Shown piece by piece: positions 27,088-37,042 of a stretch of DNA of 52,358 nucleotides. The notes beneath the pieces were generated by a model, which was given only the letters and a program-made list of their open reading frames with translations, did not search any database and had not been told where the DNA came from. The stretch covers positions 1 through 52,358 of the forward strand of contig JBIOWP010000076.1 in NCBI GenBank assembly GCA_044868695.1, in the 5' to 3' direction. A program made the position numbers and the translations under genes. How positions within the stretch are numbered: position 1 is the first letter of the stretch; each line of letters opens with the position of its first letter. The stretch comes from a bacterium (GTDB taxonomy: Bacteria > Sysuimicrobiota > Sysuimicrobiia > Sysuimicrobiales > Kaftiobacteriaceae).

Positions 27088-28482
27088 ATGCGGGTTCGCA
27101 TCAACCCGGCCATCTTTCGTGAATACGACATCCGCGGCGTCGTCGGCTCCGATCTGACCCCGGAGGTTGCCGGAGCCATCGCCCGCGCCTACGCCGCATA
27201 TCTGAGGGCCCGGCTCCCGGCTCCCGGTTCCCGGCTCCCGGTCCTTGTCGGCCGGGACAACCGGGAGAGTTCGCCGTGGATCCGCAACGCGGTCGTGTGC
27301 GGGCTCGTAGCCAGTGGATGCGAGGTGATCGACATCGGTACGGTCATTACGCCCGTGTTCTATTTCGCGCGAGTCCACGACGGCATCGACGGAGGCGTCA
27401 TGATTACCGCGAGCCACAATCCGCGCGAATTCAACGGGTTCAAGCTCGCGCATGGGTTTGGCACGATCTACGGGGACGAGATCCAGACGGTCCGCCGCCT
27501 GGCGGACGCCGGAGAGACCGTCTCCGGCAGCGGGAGGGAGGAGGAACGCGACGTCGTCCCCGCGTATCGCACGATGCTGACGGAGAAGATCGCGCTCGGC
27601 CCCCGGAGGCTTCGGGTCGTGCTGGACTGCGGGAACGGGACCGCCAGTCTCATCGCCCCCCGGGTCCTGGAAGACCTCGGCGTCGATCTCGTCCGGCTGT
27701 ACTGCGACTCAGACCCGCGGTTCCCGCATCACCATCCCGACCCCGTGCAACCGGAGAACCTTCAGGATCTGATCGCCACCGTGCGCCGGGAGCGCGCCGA
27801 TGTCGGAATCGGGCTGGACGGCGACGGTGACCGGATCGGTGTCGTCAATGATCGCGGGGAAATCATCTGGGGCGACACACTGATGATCCTCTTCTGGCGT
27901 GAGATTCTGCCGAAACATCCTGGCACGGTGGGGATCGTCGAGGTCAAGTGCTCCCAGATGCTATACGACGAGATTGCCCGGCTGGGTGGCCGGCCTGTTT
28001 TCTACAAGACCGGCCACTCCTTGATCAAAGCAAAGATGAAAGAAGTGGGTGCCGTCTTCACCGGGGAAATGTCGGGCCATATGTTCTTCGCCGACGAGTA
28101 CTATGGCTATGACGATGCCGTCTACGCTGCCGCCCGGCTGCTCAGGATCCTGTCCCACGCGGACCGCCCCTTGTCCGCGCTGCTGGCGGACGTTCCTCGC
28201 TCGCACATCACACCGGAAATCCGCGTGGACTGCCCGGATGAGGCCAAGTTCGATGTTGTGCGGGAAATCGCGGACGTCTTCAGACGCACCCACCACGTCA
28301 TCGATGTGGATGGGGCGCGCGTGCTGTTCGACGAGGGGTGGGGGCTGATCCGGGCGAGTAACACCCAGCCTGCATTGGTGATACGGGCCGAAGCGAGAAC
28401 TGAGGCCGACCTGCAGCACATCAAACGCGTACTGGCGGATACCCTCGCGCGGTTTCCGGTTGCCGGTCGAATTCGGTGGTAG
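27088..28482 (+). CDS. Phosphomannomutase/phosphoglucomutase
   Basis: FREYDIRG, ITASHNP, DGDGDR, GEMSGH, RASNTQP. Confidence 0.95.
   Translation: MRVRINPAIFREYDIRGVVGSDLTPEVAGAIARAYAAYLRARLPAPGSRLPVLVGRDNRESSPWIRNAVVCGLVASGCEVIDIGTVITPVFYFARVHDGIDGGVMITASHNPREFNGFKLAHGFGTIYGDEIQTVRRLADAGETVSGSGREEERDVVPAYRTMLTEKIALGPRRLRVVLDCGNGTASLIAPRVLEDLGVDLVRLYCDSDPRFPHHHPDPVQPENLQDLIATVRRERADVGIGLDGDGDRIGVVNDRGEIIWGDTLMILFWREILPKHPGTVGIVEVKCSQMLYDEIARLGGRPVFYKTGHSLIKAKMKEVGAVFTGEMSGHMFFADEYYGYDDAVYAAARLLRILSHADRPLSALLADVPRSHITPEIRVDCPDEAKFDVVREIADVFRRTHHVIDVDGARVLFDEGWGLIRASNTQPALVIRAEARTEADLQHIKRVLADTLARFPVAGRIRW
27209..27243. repeat. Five tandem heptamers CCCGGYY inside the PMM/PGM CDS
   Basis: CCCGGCT CCCGGCT CCCGGTT CCCGGCT CCCGGTC, encoding RLPAPGSRLPV. 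Confidence 0.85.
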
Positions 28483-28489
28483 GTTTTCG

Positions 28490-29470
28490 ATGCGCGTCCT
28501 GCTGACCGGCGCCGCCGGATTCATCGGGTGGAAGACAACCGAGCTGCTGCTCGATCAGGGCCACGAGGTCGTGGGCCTGGATAATCTCAACACTGCCTAT
28601 GACGTCCGCCTCAAACAGTGGCGGCTGCGACAGCTTGAGGGCCGGGAGCGGTTCGCCTTCCACTGCGTGGACCTCACCGACGCCGCGGGAATGCGGGACA
28701 TCTTTGGGCCTCCAGCATCCCGCCCCGCGTTTGGAGCGGTGATCAACCTCGCTGCTCGCGCGGGAGTGCAACAGAGCCTGGAGGACCCGCAGGCATACTA
28801 TCAGACGAATTTAAGCGGAACCCTTCATCTCCTGGAGCTCTGCCGGGCTCATGGTGTTCCAAAGTTCGTGCAGGCGTCAACCTCCAGCGTGTATGGGCGC
28901 GGCAACATCCCGTTCCGTGAAGGTCAGCCGACCGATCGCCCCCTGTCGCCGTACGCGGCGTCGAAGATGGCGAGCGAGCTGCTGTGTTTTGTCTACCATC
29001 AATCCTGGGGGCTGGACGTTTCGATGCTGCGCTACTTTACGGTGTATGGACCGGGGGGCAGACCCGACATGAGTTTGTTTCGTTTCGTCCAATGGATCAG
29101 CGAGGGTCGACCGGTGTTGGTCTTCGGGGACGGGACGCAGCGGCGTGATTTCACCTACGTGGACGATATTGCGCGCGGGACCTTGGCGGCGCTCGCCCCG
29201 ATGGGCTGGGAGGTCATCAATCTCGGATCTGACGACCCCATTGCGATCAACACGGCGGTTAGGATGATCGAGGATCTCGTCGGCCGGAAAGCAGCCGTAG
29301 AATATCGGCCCGCGCATCCGGCGGATGTCCCGGCCACCTGGGCGGACATCGCAAAGGCGAAGCGGCTGCTGTCCTGGCAGCCCCGTACGCGATTCGCCGA
29401 TGGTGTCGCCGCGCTCGTCCGCTGGTATCAGAGTCACCGCGCCTGGGCCAGCGAGATCCAGACCCTGTGA
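28490..29470 (+). CDS. NAD-dependent epimerase, UDP-glucuronate 4-epimerase-like
   Basis: TGAAGFIG, NLAARAGV, STSSVYG, YAASK, RYFTVYGP.GRPDM, RDFTYVDD. Confidence 0.9.
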   Translation: MRVLLTGAAGFIGWKTTELLLDQGHEVVGLDNLNTAYDVRLKQWRLRQLEGRERFAFHCVDLTDAAGMRDIFGPPASRPAFGAVINLAARAGVQQSLEDPQAYYQTNLSGTLHLLELCRAHGVPKFVQASTSSVYGRGNIPFREGQPTDRPLSPYAASKMASELLCFVYHQSWGLDVSMLRYFTVYGPGGRPDMSLFRFVQWISEGRPVLVFGDGTQRRDFTYVDDIARGTLAALAPMGWEVINLGSDDPIAINTAVRMIEDLVGRKAAVEYRPAHPADVPATWADIAKAKRLLSWQPRTRFADGVAALVRWYQSHRAWASEIQTL

Positions 29471-30663
29471 CGCGTGCCGCGTTTGACGCCAAGGTCGTGC
29501 GCCTGATCACCCGCCTGAACATCGGCGGCCCCGCACAGCATGTGATCCTACTCACCGCGCATCTGCCTGCCCGCGGTTTCCCCTCGATGCTGGTCGCCGG
29601 GCAGGTCGACCAGAACGAAGGTGACATGTCCGACCTCGCGCTTCGCCACCAGTTGGCGGTACGGTGGATTCCGTTTCTGCGCAACGGCGCTCCGATTGTC
29701 AGTGATGTCCGGGCATTTCTTGCCCTGTACCGGCTGTTCAGGCGGGAGCAGCCGAGCATCGTCCATCTGCATCTGCTGAAAGCCCGCGTCCTGGGCGGTC
29801 TTGCAGCCCGCCTTGCCCGTGTGCCAATTGTTGTGGAGACATTCCATGGGACGTTGTTCAGCGGGTACTATGCTCGCATCGGGACCCGGATGATCGTCTG
29901 GATCGAGCGGGGGCTCGCCAGGCTGATGGACGGCGTCATCGCCGTGAGTCAAGAAGTAGCCGCCGAGTTGGTCCGACTGAAGATCGCTCCTGCCGGGAAG
30001 ATTTCGGTCATACTCCTCGGCCTCGATCTGGATCGGTTCATTCGGGACCAGGCCCCACGAGGGGCGTTCCGCAGGGAACTGGGCGTGTCCGATGATGCGC
30101 CGCTCGTGGGGGCCATCGGGCGCCTCGTCGGTATCAAGCGCGTGCCCGACCTACTCCAGGCAATGGTCCACGTGGTCAGGGTGCACCCTGAGAGCGTGCT
30201 CGTCCTTGTCGGAGATGGTCCTGAGCGTTCGACATTGGAACGCCTCGCGCGCCGCCTCGGGCTGACGCGGGAGGTTCGTTTCGCAGGGTGGAGAAAGGAC
30301 CTGGAGCGAGTGTATCCAGATCTCGATGTAGTGGTCCTATCCTCGCTGCACGAGGGGACGCCGGTGTCGGTGATCGAGGCCATGACGGCGGGAAGGTCGG
30401 TCGTGGCCACACGGGTCGGTGGAGTGCCCGACCTCATCGTGGATGGCGTGACGGGTCTGCTGGTTCCCCCAAAAGATCCGGGCGCGCTCGCGGAAGCCGT
30501 CCTCCGGCTCCTCGGCGACGCCGATCTGCGCCGCCGGATGGGGACGGCGGCGCGTGCAGCCGCCTACCCTCGGTTCAGCGCCGAACGGCTCATGAGCGAC
30601 GTGGCAGCGTATTATGAAGGGCTACTGCGAAGCCGAGGGCTGCCCGCGGAGAGGGGGACATGA
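29467..30663 (+). CDS. GT4 glycosyltransferase
   Basis: ITRLNIGGPA, TFHG, IGRL..IK, EGTPVSVIEAM. Confidence 0.93.
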   Translation: MTRAAFDAKVVRLITRLNIGGPAQHVILLTAHLPARGFPSMLVAGQVDQNEGDMSDLALRHQLAVRWIPFLRNGAPIVSDVRAFLALYRLFRREQPSIVHLHLLKARVLGGLAARLARVPIVVETFHGTLFSGYYARIGTRMIVWIERGLARLMDGVIAVSQEVAAELVRLKIAPAGKISVILLGLDLDRFIRDQAPRGAFRRELGVSDDAPLVGAIGRLVGIKRVPDLLQAMVHVVRVHPESVLVLVGDGPERSTLERLARRLGLTREVRFAGWRKDLERVYPDLDVVVLSSLHEGTPVSVIEAMTAGRSVVATRVGGVPDLIVDGVTGLLVPPKDPGALAEAVLRLLGDADLRRRMGTAARAAAYPRFSAERLMSDVAAYYEGLLRSRGLPAERGT

Positions 30664-31640
30664 GGTCGCTTATCACGGGTGGTGCGGGGTTTATCGGCTC
30701 CCACCTCGCGGACGCGTTACTGGCCCAGGGCGACGATGTCGCACTCTTGGATGATTTGTCCACCGGGCGGCTGAACAACATTCGCCACCTGAGGACCAAC
30801 GCTCGAGTGAGATTCACGCAGGGCTCGGTCCAAGACCCCGCGGAGGTCGACGGGGAAGTCCGCATCTGCGACCGTGTGTTCCATCTGGCTGCGGCCGTCG
30901 GCGTGAAGCTCGTGATTGACCAGCCGGTGCGGACGATCGAGACGAATGTGAAAGGAACGGAGGTCGTGCTGGAGGCGGCACTCCGTCACGGCCGGCCGGT
31001 GTTCTTCGCATCAACCTCCGAAGTGTACGGCAAAGACGTCCGGAATAACGGCGGTCGGTTCAAGGAGTCAGATGACCTCACGTTTGGAATGTCGATGCGC
31101 TGGTGCTACGCAGGGTCGAAGGCGCTCGACGAGTACTTGGCGCGAGCGTACCACTCGGAACGGGGCCTGCCGGTGGTGATCGGGCGGTTCTTCAACACGG
31201 TCGGTCCCCGTCAGGTCGGCGCGTACGGGATGGTCGTGCCGCGCTTTGTCAAACAGGCGCTCGCGCGCCAGCCGATCACAGTCTACGGCGATGGGACACA
31301 GGTGCGCAGCTTTGGGTGGGTGGGCGATACCGTGCACGCGGTCTGCGCCCTGATGGAGACTCCTGCCGCCGTGGGAGAGGTTTTCAACATCGGCAGCGAC
31401 GAGCCGACGTCCATCCGTGGCCTGGCCGAGCGCGTGAAGCGAATGACAGAGACTTTATCGGAAATCGTGCATGTGCCCTATGAGGAGGCGTTGGGACGAG
31501 GATTCGAAGACATCTACTACCGGGTCCCGGACATCAGCAAGCTGCGGCAGACCATCGATTATCGGCCGACCAAGACGCTCGACGACATCCTGTGGGCGGT
31601 GATCGCCTATGACGCCGGCGAGGGGGACATGATCGCATGA
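30660..31640 (+). CDS. NAD-dependent nucleotide-sugar epimerase/dehydratase (extended SDR)
   Basis: TGGAGFIG, HLAAAVGV, STSEVYGK, YAGSK, RFFNTVGPRQ. Confidence 0.9.
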   Translation: MRSLITGGAGFIGSHLADALLAQGDDVALLDDLSTGRLNNIRHLRTNARVRFTQGSVQDPAEVDGEVRICDRVFHLAAAVGVKLVIDQPVRTIETNVKGTEVVLEAALRHGRPVFFASTSEVYGKDVRNNGGRFKESDDLTFGMSMRWCYAGSKALDEYLARAYHSERGLPVVIGRFFNTVGPRQVGAYGMVVPRFVKQALARQPITVYGDGTQVRSFGWVGDTVHAVCALMETPAAVGEVFNIGSDEPTSIRGLAERVKRMTETLSEIVHVPYEEALGRGFEDIYYRVPDISKLRQTIDYRPTKTLDDILWAVIAYDAGEGDMIA

Positions 31641-32974
31641 AAGTGGAGCACGCGATGGGCGCCACGGTGCATCTCTTGCGAGAGCGCATTCGCACCCGCC
31701 AGGCGTCGGTGGGCATCATCGGACTGGGCTATGTCGGCCTTCCGCTCGCCGTGGAGTTTGCCCGTGTGGGTTTTTCGGTCATGGGGATCGATGTCGACCG
31801 TCGTCGCGTGGAGGCTGTGGCGCGGGGTCACTCGTATGTGGGTGATGTGCCCGGCCAGGTGGTTGCCCCTCTCGTGGCCCAGCGACGGCTTCAGGTGTCG
31901 AGTGAATTCTCCAGCCTCGCCACCGCTGATGTGGTCGTGATCTGTGTGCAAACGCCTTTCACCGCCACAAAGGAGCCCGACCTGCGATTCGTTATCTCGG
32001 CCCTGCAGGAGGTGGCCCGGCACCTACACGCGGGACAACTGGTCGTACTACAGAGCACTACCTATCCCGGGACGACCGAGGAGGTGGCGCTGCCTCTGCT
32101 GGCTGGCTCCGGGCTCCGCGTGGGCACGGACTACTTCCTGGCGTTTTCACCGGAACGCATCGATCCTGGGAACGCAACCTTCGCCACGAAGGACATCCCC
32201 AAAGTCGTCGGCGGAATAACGCCCGCCTGCACGGCGCTGGCCCAACTGCTGTTTGAACAGGTGGTGGTCTCCGTCCATCCGGTGTCATCGGCGAAAGCGG
32301 CGGAACTGACCAAATTGCTGGAAAATGTGTTCCGCAGCGTCAACATCGCACTTGTCAATGAACTCGCGCATCTCTGTCACCGGATGGGGGTTAACGTCTG
32401 GGAGGTCGTTGATGCGGCCGCGACCAAGCCTTTCGGGTTTATGCCGTTCTACCCTGGCCCAGGCGTAGGTGGACACTGCATCGCAATCGATCCCTACTAT
32501 CTGTCCTGGAAGGCCAAAGAGTTCGACTTCAACACGCGGTTCGTCGCCCTGGCGGCTGAGATCAACGAGAGCATGCCTGACTACGTCGCCGACCGGGTGA
32601 TGGAGGCGATCAATGTGTATGCTCGCAAGAGCGTCCCGGAAGCCCGGGTGTTTGGCCTAGGTGTGGCGTACAAGCACGGCGTCGGCGATGTGCGGGAATC
32701 ACCGGCTCTCAGGGTGCTCGAGCGCCTGGGGCGGCGCGGGGCGGCGATTGCGTACCACGACCCGTTCGTCCCGCGCATCGTGTTGAACGGTGAGGAATAC
32801 CTCTCCGTTCCTCTGACCGGCGAGGCCGTTGGCGGGGCAGACTGCGTCGTGATCCTGACCGACCACGACGGTGTGGATTATGACCTGGTGGCGCGCAACG
32901 CGACGCTCGTATTTGATACCCGGAATGCCACCAGACGGCTAGCCCGGGCCGGCGACCGGATCATCCCGCTCTAG
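31637..32974 (+). CDS. UDP-N-acetylhexosamine 6-dehydrogenase family (WbpA/WecC-like)
   Basis: GLGYVGLP, STTYPGTT, SPERIDPG, KLLEN.FR.VNIA, GVGGHC, DVRESP. Confidence 0.93.
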   Translation: MKVEHAMGATVHLLRERIRTRQASVGIIGLGYVGLPLAVEFARVGFSVMGIDVDRRRVEAVARGHSYVGDVPGQVVAPLVAQRRLQVSSEFSSLATADVVVICVQTPFTATKEPDLRFVISALQEVARHLHAGQLVVLQSTTYPGTTEEVALPLLAGSGLRVGTDYFLAFSPERIDPGNATFATKDIPKVVGGITPACTALAQLLFEQVVVSVHPVSSAKAAELTKLLENVFRSVNIALVNELAHLCHRMGVNVWEVVDAAATKPFGFMPFYPGPGVGGHCIAIDPYYLSWKAKEFDFNTRFVALAAEINESMPDYVADRVMEAINVYARKSVPEARVFGLGVAYKHGVGDVRESPALRVLERLGRRGAAIAYHDPFVPRIVLNGEEYLSVPLTGEAVGGADCVVILTDHDGVDYDLVARNATLVFDTRNATRRLARAGDRIIPL

Positions 32975-32985
32975 CGGAGGGGCGT

Positions 32986-34767
32986 GTGGACGTGCTGGAA
33001 CGCGTCGCGGCGGCCTTGGCCTTCAGTGTCGTCGCGACCGCGCTGCTCACCGCAGCCGCCCGGCGTGTGCTCCTGCGCCTCGGCCGCGTCGATGCGCCGC
33101 GACCCGACCGCTGGCATACGGCCCCCGTACCACGGCCCGGTGGGCCTGCGATTGCTGCTGCGTTGGCAGTTGGTGTGGCCGTATGGGTGCCTCAGCCGTG
33201 GCCGGCGCAAATGTGGGGGCTCGTGATCGGCGGGGCCTTCATTTTCTTGATCGGGCTGATCGATGATCTTGCCGGTCTGGCCAATCCGTCGAAGTTCGCC
33301 CTTCTTATCATCGGCGCGGCGATCCCATTGCTGTTCCGGATTTCGTTCGCGCCGCTTCCGGATCTGCTCGGGATTCCCCTGGCCTTGTTGTGGATTCTGG
33401 CCATCACCAACGCGGTGAACTGGCTGGACAACATGGACGGTCTGGCCTCGGGCGTCGGACTGATCACTGCGGTCGCACTCGGAGCGCTGTCACTCAGGGT
33501 GCACGATTCCTCCGGCGCGATCGTCGCGTTCTTGCTGGCAGGCGCCTGCGCTGGGTTCCTGTTCTTCAACTTCAGTCCCGCGAAAATCTTCATGGGCGAT
33601 TCCGGAAGTGGGCTGTTGGGGTTCACGCTCGCGGTTCTGGCGCTTTGGGGCACGGTGAGGCACGTCACCAATGTTGCACTGGCGCTCATCGTGCCCCTCA
33701 TGGTCTTGAGCATTCCCATCTTCGACTCGACCGTGGTGACACTGGCCCGTCTGTTCAACGGCCGTCGGCTGTTCCAGGGCGGCAAGGATCACCCGTCTCA
33801 TCGCTTGGTCATTCTTGGGTTGTCTGAGCGGCAGGCCGTCATATGGCTGTATACCATGAGCCTGCTCGCGGCGGCCGCCGCCCTGGCCGCGGCGCAACTC
33901 GGCGTGTGGACGGGTCTCGTCCTAGCCGGAGGGCTGGGGTGCGGGCTCGTGGCGGTCGGCGTCGTCCTCACACGCGTCCGAGTGTACCGCGAGGGCGGGT
34001 GGCCCGTAGGGGACCGGATGGTCGTTTTGTGGCAAGTGATGTACAAACGCCGTTTGCTAGAGATGCTGCTGGATTTGACCCTCATCTGCGTTGCCTATCT
34101 TGGAGCGTACCTCTTGCGATTTGAAGCGGACATTCCGCGAAGCATCGCCCGGCGCATGGGGCAGTCGCTTCCATTAATCGTTGGCGTCAAGATTGCCGCC
34201 CTCTATCTGGCCGGTGTCTACCGGGGGGACTGGCGGTACATCGGTTTGCTGGATCTCGTCCCACTGGTCAAAGGAATCACGCTGGGATCGGTTTTCGCGG
34301 CGGGGGTGCTCTTCATGTGGACCCGCTTGATCGACCAGTCCCGCGCCGCCCTTGTTATCGACTGGGTCCTAACACTGGGGCTTCTGGCTGGGATCCGTGT
34401 CTCCATCCGCGTCCTGCAGGAGTATTTCACCACCCTGCGTGCAGGGGGCCGGCGGGTGCTGATCGCCGGAGCCGGACAAGGCGGCGTACTCCTCCTTCAT
34501 GAGATCCGATACAATCCTGCCCTTCGCTATCGCCCCGTCGGCTTTGTGGACGACGATCCGGTCAAACAGGGCGCGATCATTCGCGGGCTGTCGGTATTGG
34601 GAGGTTTTCGCGATATTCCGGCGCTCGCCGCCCAGCACCGGGTCGAGGAAGTGCTGGTTGCGGCTCCCTCACTGCAGCGCGCAGATCTCGACCGGATCGC
34701 GCTGGCGTGCGGCGAAGCGGGTATCCCGATGCGCCCAATGCGCCAGGTCTTGGAGCCCACGGACTGA
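32986..34767 (+). CDS. WecA/MraY-family undecaprenyl-phosphate HexNAc-1-P transferase fused to a CapD/PglF-type N-terminal membrane plus Rossmann-like domain
   Basis: GLIDD, NAVNWLDNMDGL, IFMGDSGS, DHPSHRL; then four TM helices, YRGDWRY, LIAGAGQGG, GFVDDD. Confidence 0.88.
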   Translation: MDVLERVAAALAFSVVATALLTAAARRVLLRLGRVDAPRPDRWHTAPVPRPGGPAIAAALAVGVAVWVPQPWPAQMWGLVIGGAFIFLIGLIDDLAGLANPSKFALLIIGAAIPLLFRISFAPLPDLLGIPLALLWILAITNAVNWLDNMDGLASGVGLITAVALGALSLRVHDSSGAIVAFLLAGACAGFLFFNFSPAKIFMGDSGSGLLGFTLAVLALWGTVRHVTNVALALIVPLMVLSIPIFDSTVVTLARLFNGRRLFQGGKDHPSHRLVILGLSERQAVIWLYTMSLLAAAAALAAAQLGVWTGLVLAGGLGCGLVAVGVVLTRVRVYREGGWPVGDRMVVLWQVMYKRRLLEMLLDLTLICVAYLGAYLLRFEADIPRSIARRMGQSLPLIVGVKIAALYLAGVYRGDWRYIGLLDLVPLVKGITLGSVFAAGVLFMWTRLIDQSRAALVIDWVLTLGLLAGIRVSIRVLQEYFTTLRAGGRRVLIAGAGQGGVLLLHEIRYNPALRYRPVGFVDDDPVKQGAIIRGLSVLGGFRDIPALAAQHRVEEVLVAAPSLQRADLDRIALACGEAGIPMRPMRQVLEPTD

Positions 34768-35750
34768 TGAAGGCCATCATCCCCGCAGCAGGTGTCGGCA
34801 CGCGCCTCCGGCCGCATACGTACACGCAGCCGAAGGCGCTCCTGCAGGTCGCCGGCAAGCCCATCCTGGCGCACATCATCGATGAGCTCACCGCCGTCGG
34901 GGTCGACGAGGTGATCCTGGTGGTCGGGTACCTCGGCGATCAGATCGAGGCATTCGTGCGCGGGCGCTACCGGACGGTGGGGGTGCGCTGTGTTCCGCAG
35001 TCTGAGCCATTGGGCAACGGGCACGCCGTCTACGTGGCCCGGGAACACCTCGACGGGGAACCAGCGGTCGTCATCTTCGGGGACACGATCATCAAGGGGG
35101 ATCTGGCCGGGCTGGTGCGCAGCCCCCAGTCCATGGCCGGCGTGATGGAGGTCGAGGACCCGCGGCGGCTCGGGGTCGTGGAACTGGACGGCTCCGGCCG
35201 CATCCGCCGGATTGTCGAAAAGCCCAGCCAGCCTCCCAGCAAACTGGCCGTCATCGGTGCGTACTACATAAGGAACACCTCGATGCTGCGAACGGCGCTG
35301 GAGCGGCTGGTGTCGGAGGATCGGCGGATGAAGGGAGAGTTCTGGCTGGCGGACGCGCTGCAGTTAATGATCGACGCCGGCGAGCGGATGGGGACGTTTC
35401 CCGTGCAGCACTGGTACGACTGCGGAACGGTGGAGGCGCTCCTGCAGGCGAACCGGGATCTGCTGACATTGGCACCGCCGCCGATCCCGGGCGGGGGAAA
35501 GTCACATGTGATCGCGCCGTCCTACGTCAGCGCGACGGCGGCCCTCGAAGGGTCCGTTGTAGGTCCTCACGCATCGATCGGGGAGGGCGCCCGCGTCGTC
35601 AACTCCCACGTGAAGGACTCCATTGTAGGCGCGTCCGCGGTGGTCGAGGATGCCCGTATCGAGCAGTCAATCGTCGGGGACCGCGCTGTAGTCCGGGGAG
35701 TGACCGGGAAGTTGAACATCGGGGATTCCTCGGTCATCGAGCAAACCTAA
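34767..35750 (+). CDS. Sugar-phosphate nucleotidyltransferase (long-form glucose-1-P thymidylyltransferase-like)
   Basis: TGATG coupling; AAGVGTRLRP, PK, EKP, WYDCG, C-terminal hexapeptide-like repeats. Confidence 0.92.
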   Translation: MKAIIPAAGVGTRLRPHTYTQPKALLQVAGKPILAHIIDELTAVGVDEVILVVGYLGDQIEAFVRGRYRTVGVRCVPQSEPLGNGHAVYVAREHLDGEPAVVIFGDTIIKGDLAGLVRSPQSMAGVMEVEDPRRLGVVELDGSGRIRRIVEKPSQPPSKLAVIGAYYIRNTSMLRTALERLVSEDRRMKGEFWLADALQLMIDAGERMGTFPVQHWYDCGTVEALLQANRDLLTLAPPPIPGGGKSHVIAPSYVSATAALEGSVVGPHASIGEGARVVNSHVKDSIVGASAVVEDARIEQSIVGDRAVVRGVTGKLNIGDSSVIEQT

Positions 35751-35751
35751 A

Positions 35752-35794
35752 GTCTACCCGCTCCCACAGCGGGGGCATGCACCAGATACCACGA
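35752..35794 (+). promoter_or_regulatory. Conserved upstream motif, copy 1 (shared with 37511-37553)
   Basis: GTCTAC-N7-CACAGnGnGGGCATGnnCCnnnTACCACGA, starting 60 nt before ATG 35812. Confidence 0.7.
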
Positions 35795-35811
35795 ACCTTA
35801 CCTTTACTCCA

Positions 35812-36558
35812 ATGAGACCTCTAACGAATGCCGTGCGGGTGTGTCTGTGCGCAGGTGCGCTTGTGGCCCTTGGGGCGGGCACGGCTGCGGCGGACGTTCC
35901 ACAATCTGTGGCACGGGCGGGCCAGCCCGCGCTGATCGCGATTCACCGGGTGCGGCCGGGCGACACGCTGCTGGGGATTGCCTGGCGGTACCGGGTGACC
36001 GTCGAAGCCATCAAGCTCGCCAACGGCCTGTGGACGGACATCATCCTGCCGGGCCAGCGGCTGCTGATTCCCACGCGCGCCGCCGTCGCCGTGCTCGCGC
36101 AGCGCCATCTGCCGGTCCCGAAACCCGTTCCCGTGCCGAAGGTGGCCTTCGTCCGGATCGTCAAGGAGGGGACGCTCGGCGGGAAGATCGTGGCAGAGGC
36201 GATGCGCTACCGCGGCATCCCCTACCTGTGGGGTGGCGAATCCGACCGCGGCCTGGACTGCTCAGGTTTCGTCTATCGCGTATTCGCCCGCTACGTTCCC
36301 TCGCTCGGCCGGCTCCGCTCCTACGAATACTTCCGGGCGGGCAGGCCCGTCGAGCCCCAGGCCCTGCTTCCGGGCGACCTGGTGTTCTTCACGACCGACG
36401 ACCCCGGGCCGTCGCACATGGGGATTTTCGTGGGCGAAGGGATGTTCATCCATGCATCCTCGACGGCGGGCGGGGTCACTGTTACCCCGCTGGACGATTC
36501 CTTCTACGCGGCACGTTTTCTCGGAGTGCGCAGGCTTGTCAACCCCGAAAATCGTTGA
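35812..36558 (+). CDS. LysM plus NlpC/P60 peptidoglycan endopeptidase
   Basis: Signal peptide, HRVRPGDTL LysM, PYLWGG, DCSGF, PGDLVFF, HMGI, FIHASS. Confidence 0.93.
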   Translation: MRPLTNAVRVCLCAGALVALGAGTAAADVPQSVARAGQPALIAIHRVRPGDTLLGIAWRYRVTVEAIKLANGLWTDIILPGQRLLIPTRAAVAVLAQRHLPVPKPVPVPKVAFVRIVKEGTLGGKIVAEAMRYRGIPYLWGGESDRGLDCSGFVYRVFARYVPSLGRLRSYEYFRAGRPVEPQALLPGDLVFFTTDDPGPSHMGIFVGEGMFIHASSTAGGVTVTPLDDSFYAARFLGVRRLVNPENR

Positions 36559-36584
36559 CACTCTGCGCTGGGCGCGGGTAGAAT
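36555..36584 (+). promoter_or_regulatory. Sigma70-type promoter of rplM-rpsI
   Basis: TTGACA (36555-36560), 18-nt spacer, TAGAAT (36579-36584); ATG 11 nt later with no SD. Confidence 0.75.
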
Positions 36585-36595
36585 GGGCTGCGCCG

Positions 36596-37030
36596 ATGAA
36601 GACCTTCCTGCCGACCAGAGAGAACGCGACTCACACATGGCATGTGATTGACGCCGACGGGGCCATTTTGGGCCGGCTGGCGACGCAGATCGCCGTGCTC
36701 CTGCGGGGCAAGCACAAGGCGGAGTTCACGCCCTCCGTAGACACGGGCGACGGTGTCATCGTCATCAATGCTGCGAAGGTGCGCCTCACCGGCCGGAAGG
36801 CCCGGAACAAGATGGTGTACCGGCATTCCGGGTACGCCGGCGGGTTCAAGGCCATCGCCATCGGTGACGTTCTGAAGACCAGGCCGCAAGACGTGATCAC
36901 CGACGCGGTCCGCGGGATGCTCCCCAAGAACGCGATGGGGCGGAAGCTGATTACCCGGCTGAAGGTGTACGGTGGAGCGGAGCACCCGCACTTCGCGCAG
37001 AAACCGAAAAAGTTCGCTTTGAAGGGTTGA
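36596..37030 (+). CDS. rplM: 50S ribosomal protein L13
   Basis: MKTF..WHVIDA..LGRLA..LRGKHK.FTP.VDTGD..RGMLPKN..HPHFAQKP. Confidence 0.98.
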   Translation: MKTFLPTRENATHTWHVIDADGAILGRLATQIAVLLRGKHKAEFTPSVDTGDGVIVINAAKVRLTGRKARNKMVYRHSGYAGGFKAIAIGDVLKTRPQDVITDAVRGMLPKNAMGRKLITRLKVYGGAEHPHFAQKPKKFALKG

Positions 37031-37042
37031 GGGGGGAAGACG

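Noticed and set aside
35751..35811. c-di-AMP (ydaO) riboswitch before the NlpC/P60 genes, suggested by the nearby cdaA
   Set aside because: The available leaders are about 60 nt and lack the ydaO consensus blocks.
36233..36595. Extended L13 N-terminus in the ORF track
   Set aside because: It overlaps the NlpC/P60 gene. The promoter and MKTF start fix the start at 36596.
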